64,000 nucleotides of DNA from Minisyncoccota bacterium (GCA_035453125.1 DAOTCN010000002.1:72289-136288); one strand, 5' to 3'; counted from the stretch's first letter, positions 27,351 through 37,842 are shown. The notes: generated from the sequence alone by a model not told the origin. Program-made: numbers and translations.

Positions 27351-28715
27351 ATGAATATTAATAATATAATTAAAAATTTGCCTGAAGTTGAAGGACCTGT
27401 AGAAAAAAAATTGAGTTTTAGTGTAAAGGCAAAATGGACAATAATTGTTCTTGTTTTATTTTTTATACTTGCAAATATTTCACTTTATGGTCTTTCAAAC
27501 AATGCTCTTGCAAGATTTGATAACCTTGCAGTTATTTTAGGAACTGATTTTGGAAGTATAATCTCTCTTGGAATTGGTCCTATTGTTATGGCATCTATTA
27601 TTTTACAATTATTGGTTGGAGCAAAAATACTTGATATTGATTTAACAAAAGAAGAAGGAAAGAAATTTTTTCAAGGATTACAAAAGTTATTTGTATTCTT
27701 TTTTATCATATTCGAAGCAAGTATTTATGTACTTATGCAAGGACTTCAAGCAGCACCAGGATATACTTGGGTTGTTATTTTACAACTTTGCTTAGGAGGA
27801 CTTGCGATTGTGTTTATGGATGAAATTGTACATAAGTGGGGATTTGGTTCTGGAGTTTCCCTATTTATTGCTGCAGGGGTTAGTTGGAGAATATTTACTG
27901 CATTATTTCAGTTTATTGGTCCAGAGGGAGGAATAAAAGCTAGTGGAAAAATACTTGTTTTTATCACTTCAATAATGAATGGAGATTCAACAGGAGCAAT
28001 TCTTGCCTTAGCAACTGTAATTATTACTGTGTTAATATTCTTAGGTATTGTTTGGATGCAATCATTAAAAATAGAAATACCTTTATCGTTTGATAGAATA
28101 AGAGGTTATGCAGTTAAATGGCCTCTAGCTTTTTTTTATACTTCAGTTATACCAGTAATCTTAGTTTCTGCACTTGCTGCAAATCTGCAGTTAGCTGCAG
28201 GACTACTTGAAAAATGGCTTGGACATGCAACAATCTTAGGAGGATTTAGTGGAAGTCAGCCAATATCCGGATTTGCATACTGGATTGGTTCAACAGATTT
28301 ACTTTCTGCAATTATAACAAATAGTTTTACATCTAAAATGATATTACAATTAATCACTCATATTTTATTTTATATGACTTTTAGTGTTGTATTTGCTATA
28401 TTTTGGGTTAAAACATCTGGAATGGATTCTCAAAGTCAAGCAAAAAATATTTTATCTTCAGGATTAACAATTCCAGGATTTAGAAAAGATCAAAGAATTT
28501 TAGAATCTGTTTTAGAAAGATATATCTTTCCACTAACAATAATGGGAAGTGCAACAATTGGATTTATTGCTGCAATAACTAATGCTGTTGGAGCAATTGT
28601 TGGAGGAACTTCAATACTTTTAGTAATTATGATCATGTATCAATTCTACCAGAGTATTGCTAAACAACACTCAGTGGATATGCATCCTGCATTAAGAAAA
28701 ATAATTAAAGAATAA
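27351..28715 (+). CDS. secY: Preprotein translocase subunit SecY
   Basis: LGIGPIVMASIILQLL, KWGFGSGVSLFIAAG, YTSVIPVIL, IPGFRKD. Confidence 0.97.
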   Translation: MNINNIIKNLPEVEGPVEKKLSFSVKAKWTIIVLVLFFILANISLYGLSNNALARFDNLAVILGTDFGSIISLGIGPIVMASIILQLLVGAKILDIDLTKEEGKKFFQGLQKLFVFFFIIFEASIYVLMQGLQAAPGYTWVVILQLCLGGLAIVFMDEIVHKWGFGSGVSLFIAAGVSWRIFTALFQFIGPEGGIKASGKILVFITSIMNGDSTGAILALATVIITVLIFLGIVWMQSLKIEIPLSFDRIRGYAVKWPLAFFYTSVIPVILVSALAANLQLAAGLLEKWLGHATILGGFSGSQPISGFAYWIGSTDLLSAIITNSFTSKMILQLITHILFYMTFSVVFAIFWVKTSGMDSQSQAKNILSSGLTIPGFRKDQRILESVLERYIFPLTIMGSATIGFIAAITNAVGAIVGGTSILLVIMIMYQFYQSIAKQHSVDMHPALRKIIKE

Positions 28716-28737
28716 AAAATAAAGAGGAAAATAAAAA

Positions 28738-29271
28738 ATGAGCGGAATTGGAAAAGGAATGAAATGGATGTTAGTGTTATTATTATTTAGTATGATACTT
28801 ACTTTTGCATGGGATACACTGCCTATTATAAAACAAACAGCTCATGCAATTCTTGACCCTAGTGTTGGAAAGATGTTAGATATTAATAAAGAATATGGTA
28901 TGATTGTATTAATTCTTATTATAACACTTGTAACAACTATATTGCAAAAATATGGAACTGATCAAGTTTCTTTGAAAAAATTAAAAGAAGAACAAAAAGT
29001 GCTAAGAGATGAGATGCAGAAATATAAAAATGATCCTGCAAAAATGATGGAACTTAATAAAAAATCATTAGAGTTTATTCCAAAAACTTATGATTTGACA
29101 ATTAAACCTCTATTTTATACAATCATACCTATGATACTTTTATTCAGATGGTTTGGGGATTATTTTCCAAAAGACTATAAGCTTTTTGGAATAATTGGGT
29201 GGCTTTGGTTTTATTTAATTTTTTCAATAATTTTTACAATGATATTAAGAAAAGTAATGGATGTGGCCTAG
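28738..29271 (+). CDS. DUF106/EMC3-TMCO1 family membrane protein (Oxa1 superfamily)
   Basis: TM, coiled coil, TM layout; KPLFYTIIP, WLWFY..FS; position after secY. Confidence 0.88.
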   Translation: MSGIGKGMKWMLVLLLFSMILTFAWDTLPIIKQTAHAILDPSVGKMLDINKEYGMIVLILIITLVTTILQKYGTDQVSLKKLKEEQKVLRDEMQKYKNDPAKMMELNKKSLEFIPKTYDLTIKPLFYTIIPMILLFRWFGDYFPKDYKLFGIIGWLWFYLIFSIIFTMILRKVMDVA

Positions 29272-29325
29272 TAAGAACAAAAAAAGATTCTTCCCCATCT
29301 AGTTAATTAAATAATTTAATAAAAA

Positions 29326-29766
29326 ATGGATCAAAATGAATATCTAATGAAGCTGTATGCTTTAGAACAACAAGCAAATCAATTTGGAGAACAGTTACAA
29401 GTTATTAATCAACAAATAGAAGAGCTGGAAAAACTAAAAGATAATCTTAAGAAGTTTGAAAGGTCTGAAAATAAGGAAATGTTTAGTGAATTTGGAAAAG
29501 GGATTTTTATAAAAGCAAAAGTTGAAAAAAAAGAATTTTTAATTGATGTTGGAAATAAAATACTTGTAAAAAAGTCAGAAAAAGAGATAATTAGTATAAT
29601 TGATGAACAAATAAAAAAATTCGAATCTATCAAACCAGAAATTTCAAAAAAAGTTGAACAGATAAACAAAGAATTAAATAAAATAGTTGAACAAGCTCAA
29701 AATGAAAAAGAATCTCCTAAAAAAGGAGATAAGAATGATAATTCAAAAGAAACTGTTAAAAACTAA
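29326..29766 (+). CDS. pfdA: Prefoldin subunit alpha
   Basis: Coiled coils flanking FGKGIFIKA...LIDVG.K.LVKK. Confidence 0.9.
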   Translation: MDQNEYLMKLYALEQQANQFGEQLQVINQQIEELEKLKDNLKKFERSENKEMFSEFGKGIFIKAKVEKKEFLIDVGNKILVKKSEKEIISIIDEQIKKFESIKPEISKKVEQINKELNKIVEQAQNEKESPKKGDKNDNSKETVKN

Positions 29767-30587
29767 TTTTTTAATTTTTTTACAAATTCCTTGGGTGTTA
29801 AAATCCCTAATTCTGAGATAATAAAAGAAATATTTTTTGATGGAACTTTTTCAAATGATGGGTTTTTTATCTTAATACTTCTTGGAACTTTATTGTCCCA
29901 TACCTCTTTATAAGACCTTTGTTCTAAAAGTATATTCTTTCTTGTAAACTTCCATGAATCTCCAACAACATAAAGTTTTATTCTATGAAACTTTGCAAGA
30001 TCTGCGATCATATTACTACCTACTTTATTGATAACATCTCCATTTCTTAATATTGCATCAGAACCAATAATAACTTTGTTAACTTTATTAAAACCTTGAC
30101 TTCCAGAAAGAGCTAAATCGACTGCTGAATCAACAAAAGTAGTTACCTTAATGCCTACATGAGATAGTTCTTTTGCTGTTTGTTTACCTTGATAAAGTGG
30201 GCGAGTCTCTGTATTATAAACCTGAAACTTTTTACCATGCTGTTTGGAATATATCAACGCTCTAACAACAGCTGTTGAATGACAGTGAGTTAAAATAACA
30301 TCTTTGTTATTAATTATCTTAAACACTTGTTTATTTATTTTTTCTTGAGAATCAGAAAAATGGGACATGATATCTTCTTTCTTTTTCCCTTTTTCCAACA
30401 TTTTCACAACATTTTGAAGCATTGGTTCGGTTGGTCTAAGTGATACTAACCTCTTGAGAGTAGATTTGTCTGGAAAAAGAGAATAAGCATAAATTGCTGC
30501 TTTTGCTATATTTGTTGCACCTTGAATTTTTATTCTTTTTATATCCCTAAATATTCTGAAAAGTATTATCTCTTTTTTAATATTCAT
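29763..30587 (-). CDS. Ribose-1,5-bisphosphate isomerase (eIF-2B family)
   Basis: IQGATNIA, LTHCHS (catalytic Cys), ETRPLYQG, GSDA (catalytic Asp), NKVGS. Confidence 0.85.
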   Translation of the reverse strand: MNIKKEIILFRIFRDIKRIKIQGATNIAKAAIYAYSLFPDKSTLKRLVSLRPTEPMLQNVVKMLEKGKKKEDIMSHFSDSQEKINKQVFKIINNKDVILTHCHSTAVVRALIYSKQHGKKFQVYNTETRPLYQGKQTAKELSHVGIKVTTFVDSAVDLALSGSQGFNKVNKVIIGSDAILRNGDVINKVGSNMIADLAKFHRIKLYVVGDSWKFTRKNILLEQRSYKEVWDNKVPRSIKIKNPSFEKVPSKNISFIISELGILTPKEFVKKLKN

Positions 30588-30720
30588 TCTAAAATCTTTA
30601 TTATAAAATTAAATTCGAAAGATATATATATATTTCGTTTAAAAATTATGTCTTCGTGTTTGAAGATATTTAAAAAATATTTAAAAAAGAGTGAAAGGAG
30701 GTTGTTAAAATAATTTAATT

Positions 30721-31335
30721 ATGGTAAAAAATAATTTAGGTGTTTTACAAACAAAACAATTAGCTGTTCTTTTTGGTGCTGTAGTTTTTGTTAGTTTAGT
30801 TGTAAGTATTATTGGTAGTAATGTTGGAAATGTTTTAACTGGAAAAGTTACACTTTCTAATAATGCTGATGGAACTGGAACATACAGAATTAGGCCTGAG
30901 GGAACATATGCAGATACTTGGCTACCTTATAGTGATGGAAATGTTTACTTAACTAGTAATGGAGCAAAGTCTGGTGCAGGATTTGTTTTAAGAAAATGGC
31001 TTAGCGGAAGTAGCTATCAGAATTTAATGACTATTGATAAATGGGGGAATATGAATATTGATGGGAATGTAACTATTCAAGGGAATATGAATGTTAGTGG
31101 AGATGCATCTTCTGTTTATCTAAAAAGTTGTACTTTTGCTCCAAGAAGTACTGAAGCTTGGATTATATGTAAATGTCCAGATAATAGAAAAATCTCAGGT
31201 TGGATGGGTTATAACTGTGAATATAATGGAGGAAGTTGGGGATGTACTTCAACCAAACCTAGATCACCCTCAGAAATGATGTTTAAGCATGATGGAAATA
31301 GTAGAGCTTATGTGTGGTTATATTGTATAAACTAA
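30721..31335 (+). CDS. Membrane-anchored surface protein with fibre-like beta repeats and a Cys-containing C-terminal domain
   Basis: N-terminal TM, LTGKV motif, NMNIDGNVTIQGNMNVSG segment, C-terminal Cys cluster. Confidence 0.7.
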   Translation: MVKNNLGVLQTKQLAVLFGAVVFVSLVVSIIGSNVGNVLTGKVTLSNNADGTGTYRIRPEGTYADTWLPYSDGNVYLTSNGAKSGAGFVLRKWLSGSSYQNLMTIDKWGNMNIDGNVTIQGNMNVSGDASSVYLKSCTFAPRSTEAWIICKCPDNRKISGWMGYNCEYNGGSWGCTSTKPRSPSEMMFKHDGNSRAYVWLYCIN

Positions 31336-31441
31336 CTCTAAACAGAATTATTCTTTTTCTTTCTTTTTTATTTTTTAATAAAACAAAAAGAATATAAAGG
31401 ATAAGTTATTTAATCTTTTAATAAAAATAAAAAGAGGAAAA

Positions 31442-31762
31442 ATGAAAAACGAAGGATTTTATATTTTTGGAGCAGTTTTGTTATTAACAACTGTCTTGAT
31501 TTTTATGAGTGTTGGAATAACAGGTAATGCTGTTGTAAAAACTGATGGTTCTAACTGTATAGATAGTGATAGAGGACAAAACCCTTTTGTAAAAGGAAGT
31601 GTTGTTGGAATTAGTAAGGTAAGTGGAAAAACAACTTCTCAAATAGATAAATGCTCAAAAAGTGGAGCTTATTTAGATGAGACATATTGTAAAAAAGGAA
31701 TTTTAAGTATAAGAACATATAAATGTACAAAGGGATGTTCTAATGGAGCTTGTATTAAATAG
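31442..31762 (+). CDS. Small secreted/anchored Cys-rich protein
   Basis: Signal/TM, ITGNAV, CIDSDRG.NP..KG, C-terminal C..GC.NGAC. Confidence 0.75.
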   Translation: MKNEGFYIFGAVLLLTTVLIFMSVGITGNAVVKTDGSNCIDSDRGQNPFVKGSVVGISKVSGKTTSQIDKCSKSGAYLDETYCKKGILSIRTYKCTKGCSNGACIK

Positions 31763-31878
31763 TTTCATAAAAAATTGAATGGAATAACATTAAAAGTGTT
31801 GATTTTTTTAGAATAAATAATTCAATTATAAAATTAAGATTACAAAAGAATTAAAAACAAGATTAATTTAATTATAAA

Positions 31879-32730
31879 ATGTTTGAGATGATTATAAACC
31901 CTCGAAGAACTGAAAGAAAACCATGGGAATTATTCTTTGTAGGTTTTGTATATGCTGCACTTTCTGTTATCTTAGTTAACTGGATTTTTGCAGCTGACCC
32001 TGTTTTATCAAAGTACTCTGGAATTTTGGTTGTAACCTTCTCAGTTATGTTTTCTATGCCATTTGTCTATTTTACACTAAGACTTGAAGAAAGTAAAGAT
32101 GTTTATATAAAGAATTCGTTTAGACTATTAAAAGAACATGGTAAAGCATTAATGTGTTTTTTGTGGTTATTTTTAGGTTTTATTATTGCTTTTTCTGCAT
32201 TTTACATAATTATTAATAATACTGATAATTACAAAGCACAAATAGAAACTTATTGTTCAATAAATCAACCTGGAGAATATGAAAATTGTGTTGCTTCTTA
32301 TGATCCAAATAATAAAATAACTGGAAATGTATCTGGACTTGGTATGTTTGAAAGTATATTTATAAATAATATTTATGTATTAATATTTACTATAATTTTC
32401 TCTATTATTTTTGGTGCAGGAGGTATATTTATTTTAGCTTGGAATGCAAGTGTAATTTCTGCTGCAATGGTAATATTCTCAGAAGGAAATATTATTAACA
32501 TACCTTTAGGATTAATTAGGTACATGATACATGGTTTCCCGGAAATATCTGCTTATTTTATTGGAACACTTGCTGGAGGAATTATAGGACTGTCGGTAAT
32601 TAAAAAGGAATTTAAAACAGACCAATTTTGGAATGTTTTATATGATGCATTATTACTAATAATTATAGCAATAATAATTGTCTTTATTGCAGCAGTAATA
32701 GAAGTATTTATAACACCAAAATTCTTTTAA
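31879..32730 (+). CDS. SpoIIM/DUF95 family membrane protein
   Basis: IFINN, ILAWNA, HGFPEISAYF, AAVIEVFITP. Confidence 0.85.
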   Translation: MFEMIINPRRTERKPWELFFVGFVYAALSVILVNWIFAADPVLSKYSGILVVTFSVMFSMPFVYFTLRLEESKDVYIKNSFRLLKEHGKALMCFLWLFLGFIIAFSAFYIIINNTDNYKAQIETYCSINQPGEYENCVASYDPNNKITGNVSGLGMFESIFINNIYVLIFTIIFSIIFGAGGIFILAWNASVISAAMVIFSEGNIINIPLGLIRYMIHGFPEISAYFIGTLAGGIIGLSVIKKEFKTDQFWNVLYDALLLIIIAIIIVFIAAVIEVFITPKFF

Positions 32731-32770
32731 ACTCACATAAAAGTACTAAATTTAAGACTAATAGGTAAAA

Positions 32771-32911
32771 ATGAAATTTAGATGTAAAAATTGTAACTAC
32801 CAATTTAGCTCTGAATCAGACGCTACAAAGAAAAATTGCGGGAATTGTGGACAGAAAAGTATTGTGAGAGAACAAAGCGCTGAAGAGTTATTGGTTGATA
32901 ATCAAGAATAA
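32771..32911 (+). CDS. 46-aa zinc-ribbon protein (missed by the ORF track)
   Basis: MKFRCKNCNYQFSSESDATKKNCGNCGQKSIVREQSAEELLVDNQE with CxxC...CxxC; the stop abuts the aglB ATG. Confidence 0.8.
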   Translation: MKFRCKNCNYQFSSESDATKKNCGNCGQKSIVREQSAEELLVDNQE

Positions 32912-32912
32912 A

Positions 32913-35696
32913 ATGGAAGAAAATAAAGAAAAAGAATCAAAGAATTTAGCTGAAAGTAAAGAAAATAATTTAATTGAAGAAAGAAAGAAAAAATTAGTCA
33001 ATTTTGTTAAAAAAAGTAATTGGTTAATATATTTCATTCTAGGACTTATTATTACTTTATCAGTTTATATAAGAACTAGAAATCTAAATAATTTAAAAGA
33101 TATAACAACTGGTACTTGGACACTTGGACCAGATTTAGATCCTTTTCTTTTCCTTAGATGGGCTGAAGAAATTGTTAAAAATGGAAGCTTGGCAGCTGTT
33201 GATACAATGAGGTATGTACCTCTTGGGTTTGATACAGCAGGGGAAATGAAATTACTCTCTTATATGATTGCTTGGTTCTACCAAATTACCTCTATATTTT
33301 ACAATGAAATGACAATTACTCTTGCTGCTATAATCTTTCCAGTAGTTATGTTTGTTTTTACTTGTATTGCTTTCTTCTTTTTAACTAAAGAAATATTTAA
33401 GAATTCTTTTGAAAATAAGAGAATACCTGATTTAATTGCTTTAATTGCTACTCTATTTTTAGCAGTAATACCTTCATTATTGCCCAGAACAATTGCTGGA
33501 ATTCCTGAAAAAGAATCTGCAGGTTTTTTATTTATTTTTCTATCATTATTATTTTTAATTAAATCTTTCAAATCAAAAACTTACAAATGGTCTATAATCA
33601 ATGGAATAATAGCTGGTTTTAGCACTACTATCTTAGGATTATTATGGGGTGGGTCTACTTTTGTTTACTTGACTATAGGTATCTCTGTTTTTATTTGTTT
33701 TATCCTTGGACAAGTTAATAAAAAAGAATTTTTTGGTTATACTGCATTAATTGTTACTGTTGTCCCATCAAGTATGCTTTTTTCTTCACGTTATAGTATT
33801 ATGAATTATATAACATCGACATCAACAATACCTATATATATTACCTGGTTAGCAATATTTGTTAATCTTTTTTTATATAAATATCTTGAAAAAATAAACT
33901 TAATTAAGAGATTAGAAAGTAGTAAGTTTATTTCTAAAGAATTATTAGTTTTATTTTTAGTGATTATTCTTTTATTTATTGCCTCTTTGTTTATTCTTGG
34001 CCCAAAATTTGTACCCGAACAAGTAACTCATTTAAGCAATAATTTATTGAGTGCTCTAGGTACTAATAGATTCTCTTTAACAGTAGCAGAAAATAGACAG
34101 CCTTATTTTGATGAATGGAAATCAAGCTTTGGACCAGTTATTGGAAATTTACCTCTATTTTTTTGGTTATTTATTCTAGGGTCAATAATTTTAATTTATT
34201 TTATATTTAAAAAATTTCAAAAAAAAGATAGAATTATTGTAACTGTTGGGTATATTGTGTTTATTATGGGATTAATTTTTAGTAGATATTCTTCATCGAG
34301 TAGATTTAATGGAACAAATAATATTAGTTTATTTTTATATTTTGGAAGTATGATTTTGTTTATTAGCGTTTTAGGTTATTTTTGGTATAAATATCATAAG
34401 CAAAACAATGAAAATTCTCTTAAAATTGAATTTGAATTTATTATTTTAATTATTTTATTCTTTGTTTCAATACTTGCTGCAAGAAGTGGTATAAGGTTTG
34501 TTATGGTTTTAGTTCCTCCAGCAAGCATAATTGTCGGATTCTTTGTAGGGTATATTAGTTCTAGTTATTTTAATACAAAAGATGAAACAAAAAAACTAGT
34601 TATTTTAATATTAGCTATTATCTTAATTATTAGCTCAATTTATTCGATTTGGTATTTTTACCAAGTTAGTTCTAGTCAAGCAGAAAGTTTCTATCCAGGA
34701 GATTCTTATCATGTACAATGGCAAAAAGCAATGAGTTGGACAAGAAATAATACTGCAGAAAATTCTGTTTTTGCACATTGGTGGGATTATGGATATTGGT
34801 TACAGAGTATTGGTAAAAGAGCTACAGTGCTTGATGGAGGAAATGCGATTGTTTATTGGGATCATTTAATGGGAAGAGAAGTACTTACAAATCCAGATAG
34901 TAATGATAAAACTGCTTTAGAATTTTTATACACCCATAATACTACACATTTATTAATTGACTCAACAGATATTGGAAAATACTCTGCTTTTAGTAGCATC
35001 GGTTCAGATGAAAAATATGACAGATTTAGTTATATTTCTACGTTTATACTAGATGGAAGACAAACAAAAGAAACAAGTGAGGCAAAAATTTATGTTTATA
35101 CTGGTGGTTTTGGATTAGATGAAGATATTGTCTGGAAAGAAAATCAAACAACATATAATTTACCAAAAGAAACAAGTGGAATAATTGGAATAATAATTGA
35201 ACAGGATTTAAATGGATCAATAAAACAACCTTTAGCAATATTCACAAGCTCAGGAGGAAAACAAATAGGTATTCCAATAAAATATCTTTATTATAATAAA
35301 ACTAAATTTACTTTTGAAAATGGTTTAGAATCAGGAATATTCCTTATGCCATTAATAAACTCAAATGGTCAATCATTATCAATTAATGAAATTGGTGGTT
35401 GTATTTATTTAAGCAGGCGAACTGTAAATTCTTTGCTTGTAAGAAAGTACTTATTTAGTGAAGAAGGAAGCTTTAAACTTGTTCATTCTGAACCAAATGG
35501 AGTTATTGAACAGATTGAAACTTATGGAAATAAAGAAATAGGTGATTTTGCAGTTTATGGTGGAAATATTTTAGGACCGATAAAAATATGGGAAATAGAT
35601 TATCCTGTAAATATTAAATTTAATGAAAGTTATCTTAAGACTAATTATCCTAGTGAAGGATTATGGAAAGTTAAGTCTGGAGAGTATAGTCAGTAA
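32913..35696 (+). CDS. aglB: Oligosaccharyltransferase AglB (STT3 family)
   Basis: DLDPF, IPEKE, TVAEN, WWDYG motif, many TMs. ATG at 32913 preferred. Confidence 0.96.
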   Translation: MEENKEKESKNLAESKENNLIEERKKKLVNFVKKSNWLIYFILGLIITLSVYIRTRNLNNLKDITTGTWTLGPDLDPFLFLRWAEEIVKNGSLAAVDTMRYVPLGFDTAGEMKLLSYMIAWFYQITSIFYNEMTITLAAIIFPVVMFVFTCIAFFFLTKEIFKNSFENKRIPDLIALIATLFLAVIPSLLPRTIAGIPEKESAGFLFIFLSLLFLIKSFKSKTYKWSIINGIIAGFSTTILGLLWGGSTFVYLTIGISVFICFILGQVNKKEFFGYTALIVTVVPSSMLFSSRYSIMNYITSTSTIPIYITWLAIFVNLFLYKYLEKINLIKRLESSKFISKELLVLFLVIILLFIASLFILGPKFVPEQVTHLSNNLLSALGTNRFSLTVAENRQPYFDEWKSSFGPVIGNLPLFFWLFILGSIILIYFIFKKFQKKDRIIVTVGYIVFIMGLIFSRYSSSSRFNGTNNISLFLYFGSMILFISVLGYFWYKYHKQNNENSLKIEFEFIILIILFFVSILAARSGIRFVMVLVPPASIIVGFFVGYISSSYFNTKDETKKLVILILAIILIISSIYSIWYFYQVSSSQAESFYPGDSYHVQWQKAMSWTRNNTAENSVFAHWWDYGYWLQSIGKRATVLDGGNAIVYWDHLMGREVLTNPDSNDKTALEFLYTHNTTHLLIDSTDIGKYSAFSSIGSDEKYDRFSYISTFILDGRQTKETSEAKIYVYTGGFGLDEDIVWKENQTTYNLPKETSGIIGIIIEQDLNGSIKQPLAIFTSSGGKQIGIPIKYLYYNKTKFTFENGLESGIFLMPLINSNGQSLSINEIGGCIYLSRRTVNSLLVRKYLFSEEGSFKLVHSEPNGVIEQIETYGNKEIGDFAVYGGNILGPIKIWEIDYPVNIKFNESYLKTNYPSEGLWKVKSGEYSQ

Positions 35697-35726
35697 GTTT
35701 TTAAAGTTAAAGTTTATTCTATTAAA

Positions 35727-36749
35727 ATGGAAGAATTATTGATTATTTCATTAATAATCTCTTTTGGAGTTGTAGCTTTATTAATGCCTTTTTGGATAAA
35801 AAAAGCAAAACAAATTGGATTAATTTGGGATGATATGAATAAAATTAAATCTGAAAAGGTTACTGGCTCTGGAGGAATTATTGTTCTTTTAGGTTTTACT
35901 TTAGGAGTATTATCTTATATTGCAATAAAAACATTTTATTTTAAGTCTGGCGATAATCTCATAGAAATCTTCTCAATGTTATGTGTAATGCTTATTGTTG
36001 CAATTATTGGATTAATTGATGATTTGTTAGGCTGGCAACATGGTGGACTTTCAGCAAAAGTAAGAATAATATTAGTTGCTTTTGCTGCAATACCTTTAAT
36101 GGTAATAAATGCAGGTCATTCTGAAATGTACTTGCCTTTTATTGGTAATCTAAACATTGGAATTATTTATGCATTGATTGTTATCCCAATAGCAATTGTT
36201 GGATGTTCAACAACTTTTAATTTCCTAGCAGGATTTAATGGGCTTGAAGCAAGGCAAGGTATTTTAATATTATCTGCCCTTGCAATTATATCTTATATTG
36301 GTGGGAACTCTTGGTTGAGTATCATCGCCCTTTGTATGGTTCTTGCACTTTTAGGATTTTTAATATACAATAAAATACCTGCAAAAGTTTTTCCTGGAGA
36401 TGTTATGACCTATCCTATTGGTGCTTTGATTGCAATTATGGCAATACTAGGAAATTATGAAAGATTTGCATTATTTATTTTTATACCTTATATCCTAGAA
36501 ACTGGATTAAAATTAAGGGGAAAACTAAAGAAACAGTCATTCGGTGAGCCGCAAAACGATGGTTCTTTGAAAAACAAATATAAACATATCTACGGTCTTG
36601 AGCATTTCGCTATATGGATACTTGAAAAAATAAAACCAAGTAAAAAAGTTTATGAAAAGGATGTTGTTAATTTAATTAACTTGTTTCAAATAATTATTAT
36701 AATCTTTGGATTTTTGATATTCTTTTATCTTAAACAATTTTTATTATAA
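35727..36749 (+). CDS. Polyprenyl-phosphate GlcNAc-1-phosphate transferase (GT4/MraY/AglH-like)
   Basis: GLIDDLL, NFLAGFNGLE, KVFPGD motifs. Confidence 0.9.
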   Translation: MEELLIISLIISFGVVALLMPFWIKKAKQIGLIWDDMNKIKSEKVTGSGGIIVLLGFTLGVLSYIAIKTFYFKSGDNLIEIFSMLCVMLIVAIIGLIDDLLGWQHGGLSAKVRIILVAFAAIPLMVINAGHSEMYLPFIGNLNIGIIYALIVIPIAIVGCSTTFNFLAGFNGLEARQGILILSALAIISYIGGNSWLSIIALCMVLALLGFLIYNKIPAKVFPGDVMTYPIGALIAIMAILGNYERFALFIFIPYILETGLKLRGKLKKQSFGEPQNDGSLKNKYKHIYGLEHFAIWILEKIKPSKKVYEKDVVNLINLFQIIIIIFGFLIFFYLKQFLL

Positions 36750-36935
36750 AATTAAATTCGAAAGATTTTAAATTTCTAAAAAGTGATTTAATTTATTTCT
36801 TTTTCTTTTTTATTTTTTCTTTTCTTTTTTTATTATTCTTATCTTGGTTTACGTTTTTATCTGTTTTCAGTAGTGTTTTTAGTGTATATATAAGAAAATG
36901 TAAAAGGATTTAAAGCAATTTCTAGTGGTTTTTTT

Positions 36936-37841
36936 ATGGTAAAAAGGCAAAAAAAACTAGTTAAAAAAACAAAAAAGGTTAAAAGAAACTTAAAAAATAA
37001 CAGTGAAAATAAAGAAGTAGTAATAGATTTAAGTATAATTATACCTGCACATGATGAAGAAAAAAGAATAGGTCCTACTCTTGAGGCATATAATAAATTT
37101 TTTGATGGAATTGAAGAGATTGATAAAATCATAAAGCACGAAAAAAATGGATTTAATTATGAAATAATAGTTGTTGTTAATAATTCTATAGATAAAACTC
37201 TAGAAATTGTTGAAAAACTGTCTAAAAAGCAAAAAGGTAAAAAAATAAAGGTTCTAAATTTTGTTGAGGGAGGAAAGGGATTTGCAATAATTGAAGGATT
37301 TAAGGAAGCAATAAAACATAAATCTAAATTAATTGGTTTTGTTGATGCAGATATGGCTACTGGACCAGATGCTTTTTATGATTTAGTAAGAAATATTAAT
37401 AATAATGATGGAATTATTGCTAGTAGATATATTAAGGGGTCTGTTGTTAATCCAAAACAATCATTTCAAAGAGTTGTTTCAAGCAGATTGTTTAATTTTT
37501 GGATTAGAGTTTTATTGATCTTACCTTATAGAGATACTCAATGTGGTGCTAAATTGTTCAAAAGAGAATCAATTACAAAAGTAATTGATAAGTTGATTAT
37601 AACAAAATGGGCGTTTGATGTTGATTTATTATATTGTATGAAAAAAAGCAAGCTAAAAATTAAAGAATTTCCAACAGTCTGGAGTGATAAAGAGTATTCA
37701 ACTATCAATTTTAAAAAAGCTGGGCCTATGATGGCTTTGGCTGTTATAAGGCTTAGATTATTAAACTCTCCTTTTAGCAATATTGTTAAATTATATGATA
37801 AACTACCTGAATGGACTAAAATACATCATAAATTGAAATAA
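36936..37841 (+). CDS. GT2 glycosyltransferase (dolichyl-phosphate glycosyltransferase-like)
   Basis: IIIPAHDEE, GKGFA, FVDAD, DTQCGAKLF, WAFDV. Confidence 0.9.
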   Translation: MVKRQKKLVKKTKKVKRNLKNNSENKEVVIDLSIIIPAHDEEKRIGPTLEAYNKFFDGIEEIDKIIKHEKNGFNYEIIVVVNNSIDKTLEIVEKLSKKQKGKKIKVLNFVEGGKGFAIIEGFKEAIKHKSKLIGFVDADMATGPDAFYDLVRNINNNDGIIASRYIKGSVVNPKQSFQRVVSSRLFNFWIRVLLILPYRDTQCGAKLFKRESITKVIDKLIITKWAFDVDLLYCMKKSKLKIKEFPTVWSDKEYSTINFKKAGPMMALAVIRLRLLNSPFSNIVKLYDKLPEWTKIHHKLK

Positions 37842-37842
37842 T

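Noticed and set aside
30721-31335. Second (remote) DGR target in the fibre-like surface protein
   Set aside because: Its 3' end shows no similarity to the TR; no second VR was seen in the window, though only a computational scan would be decisive.
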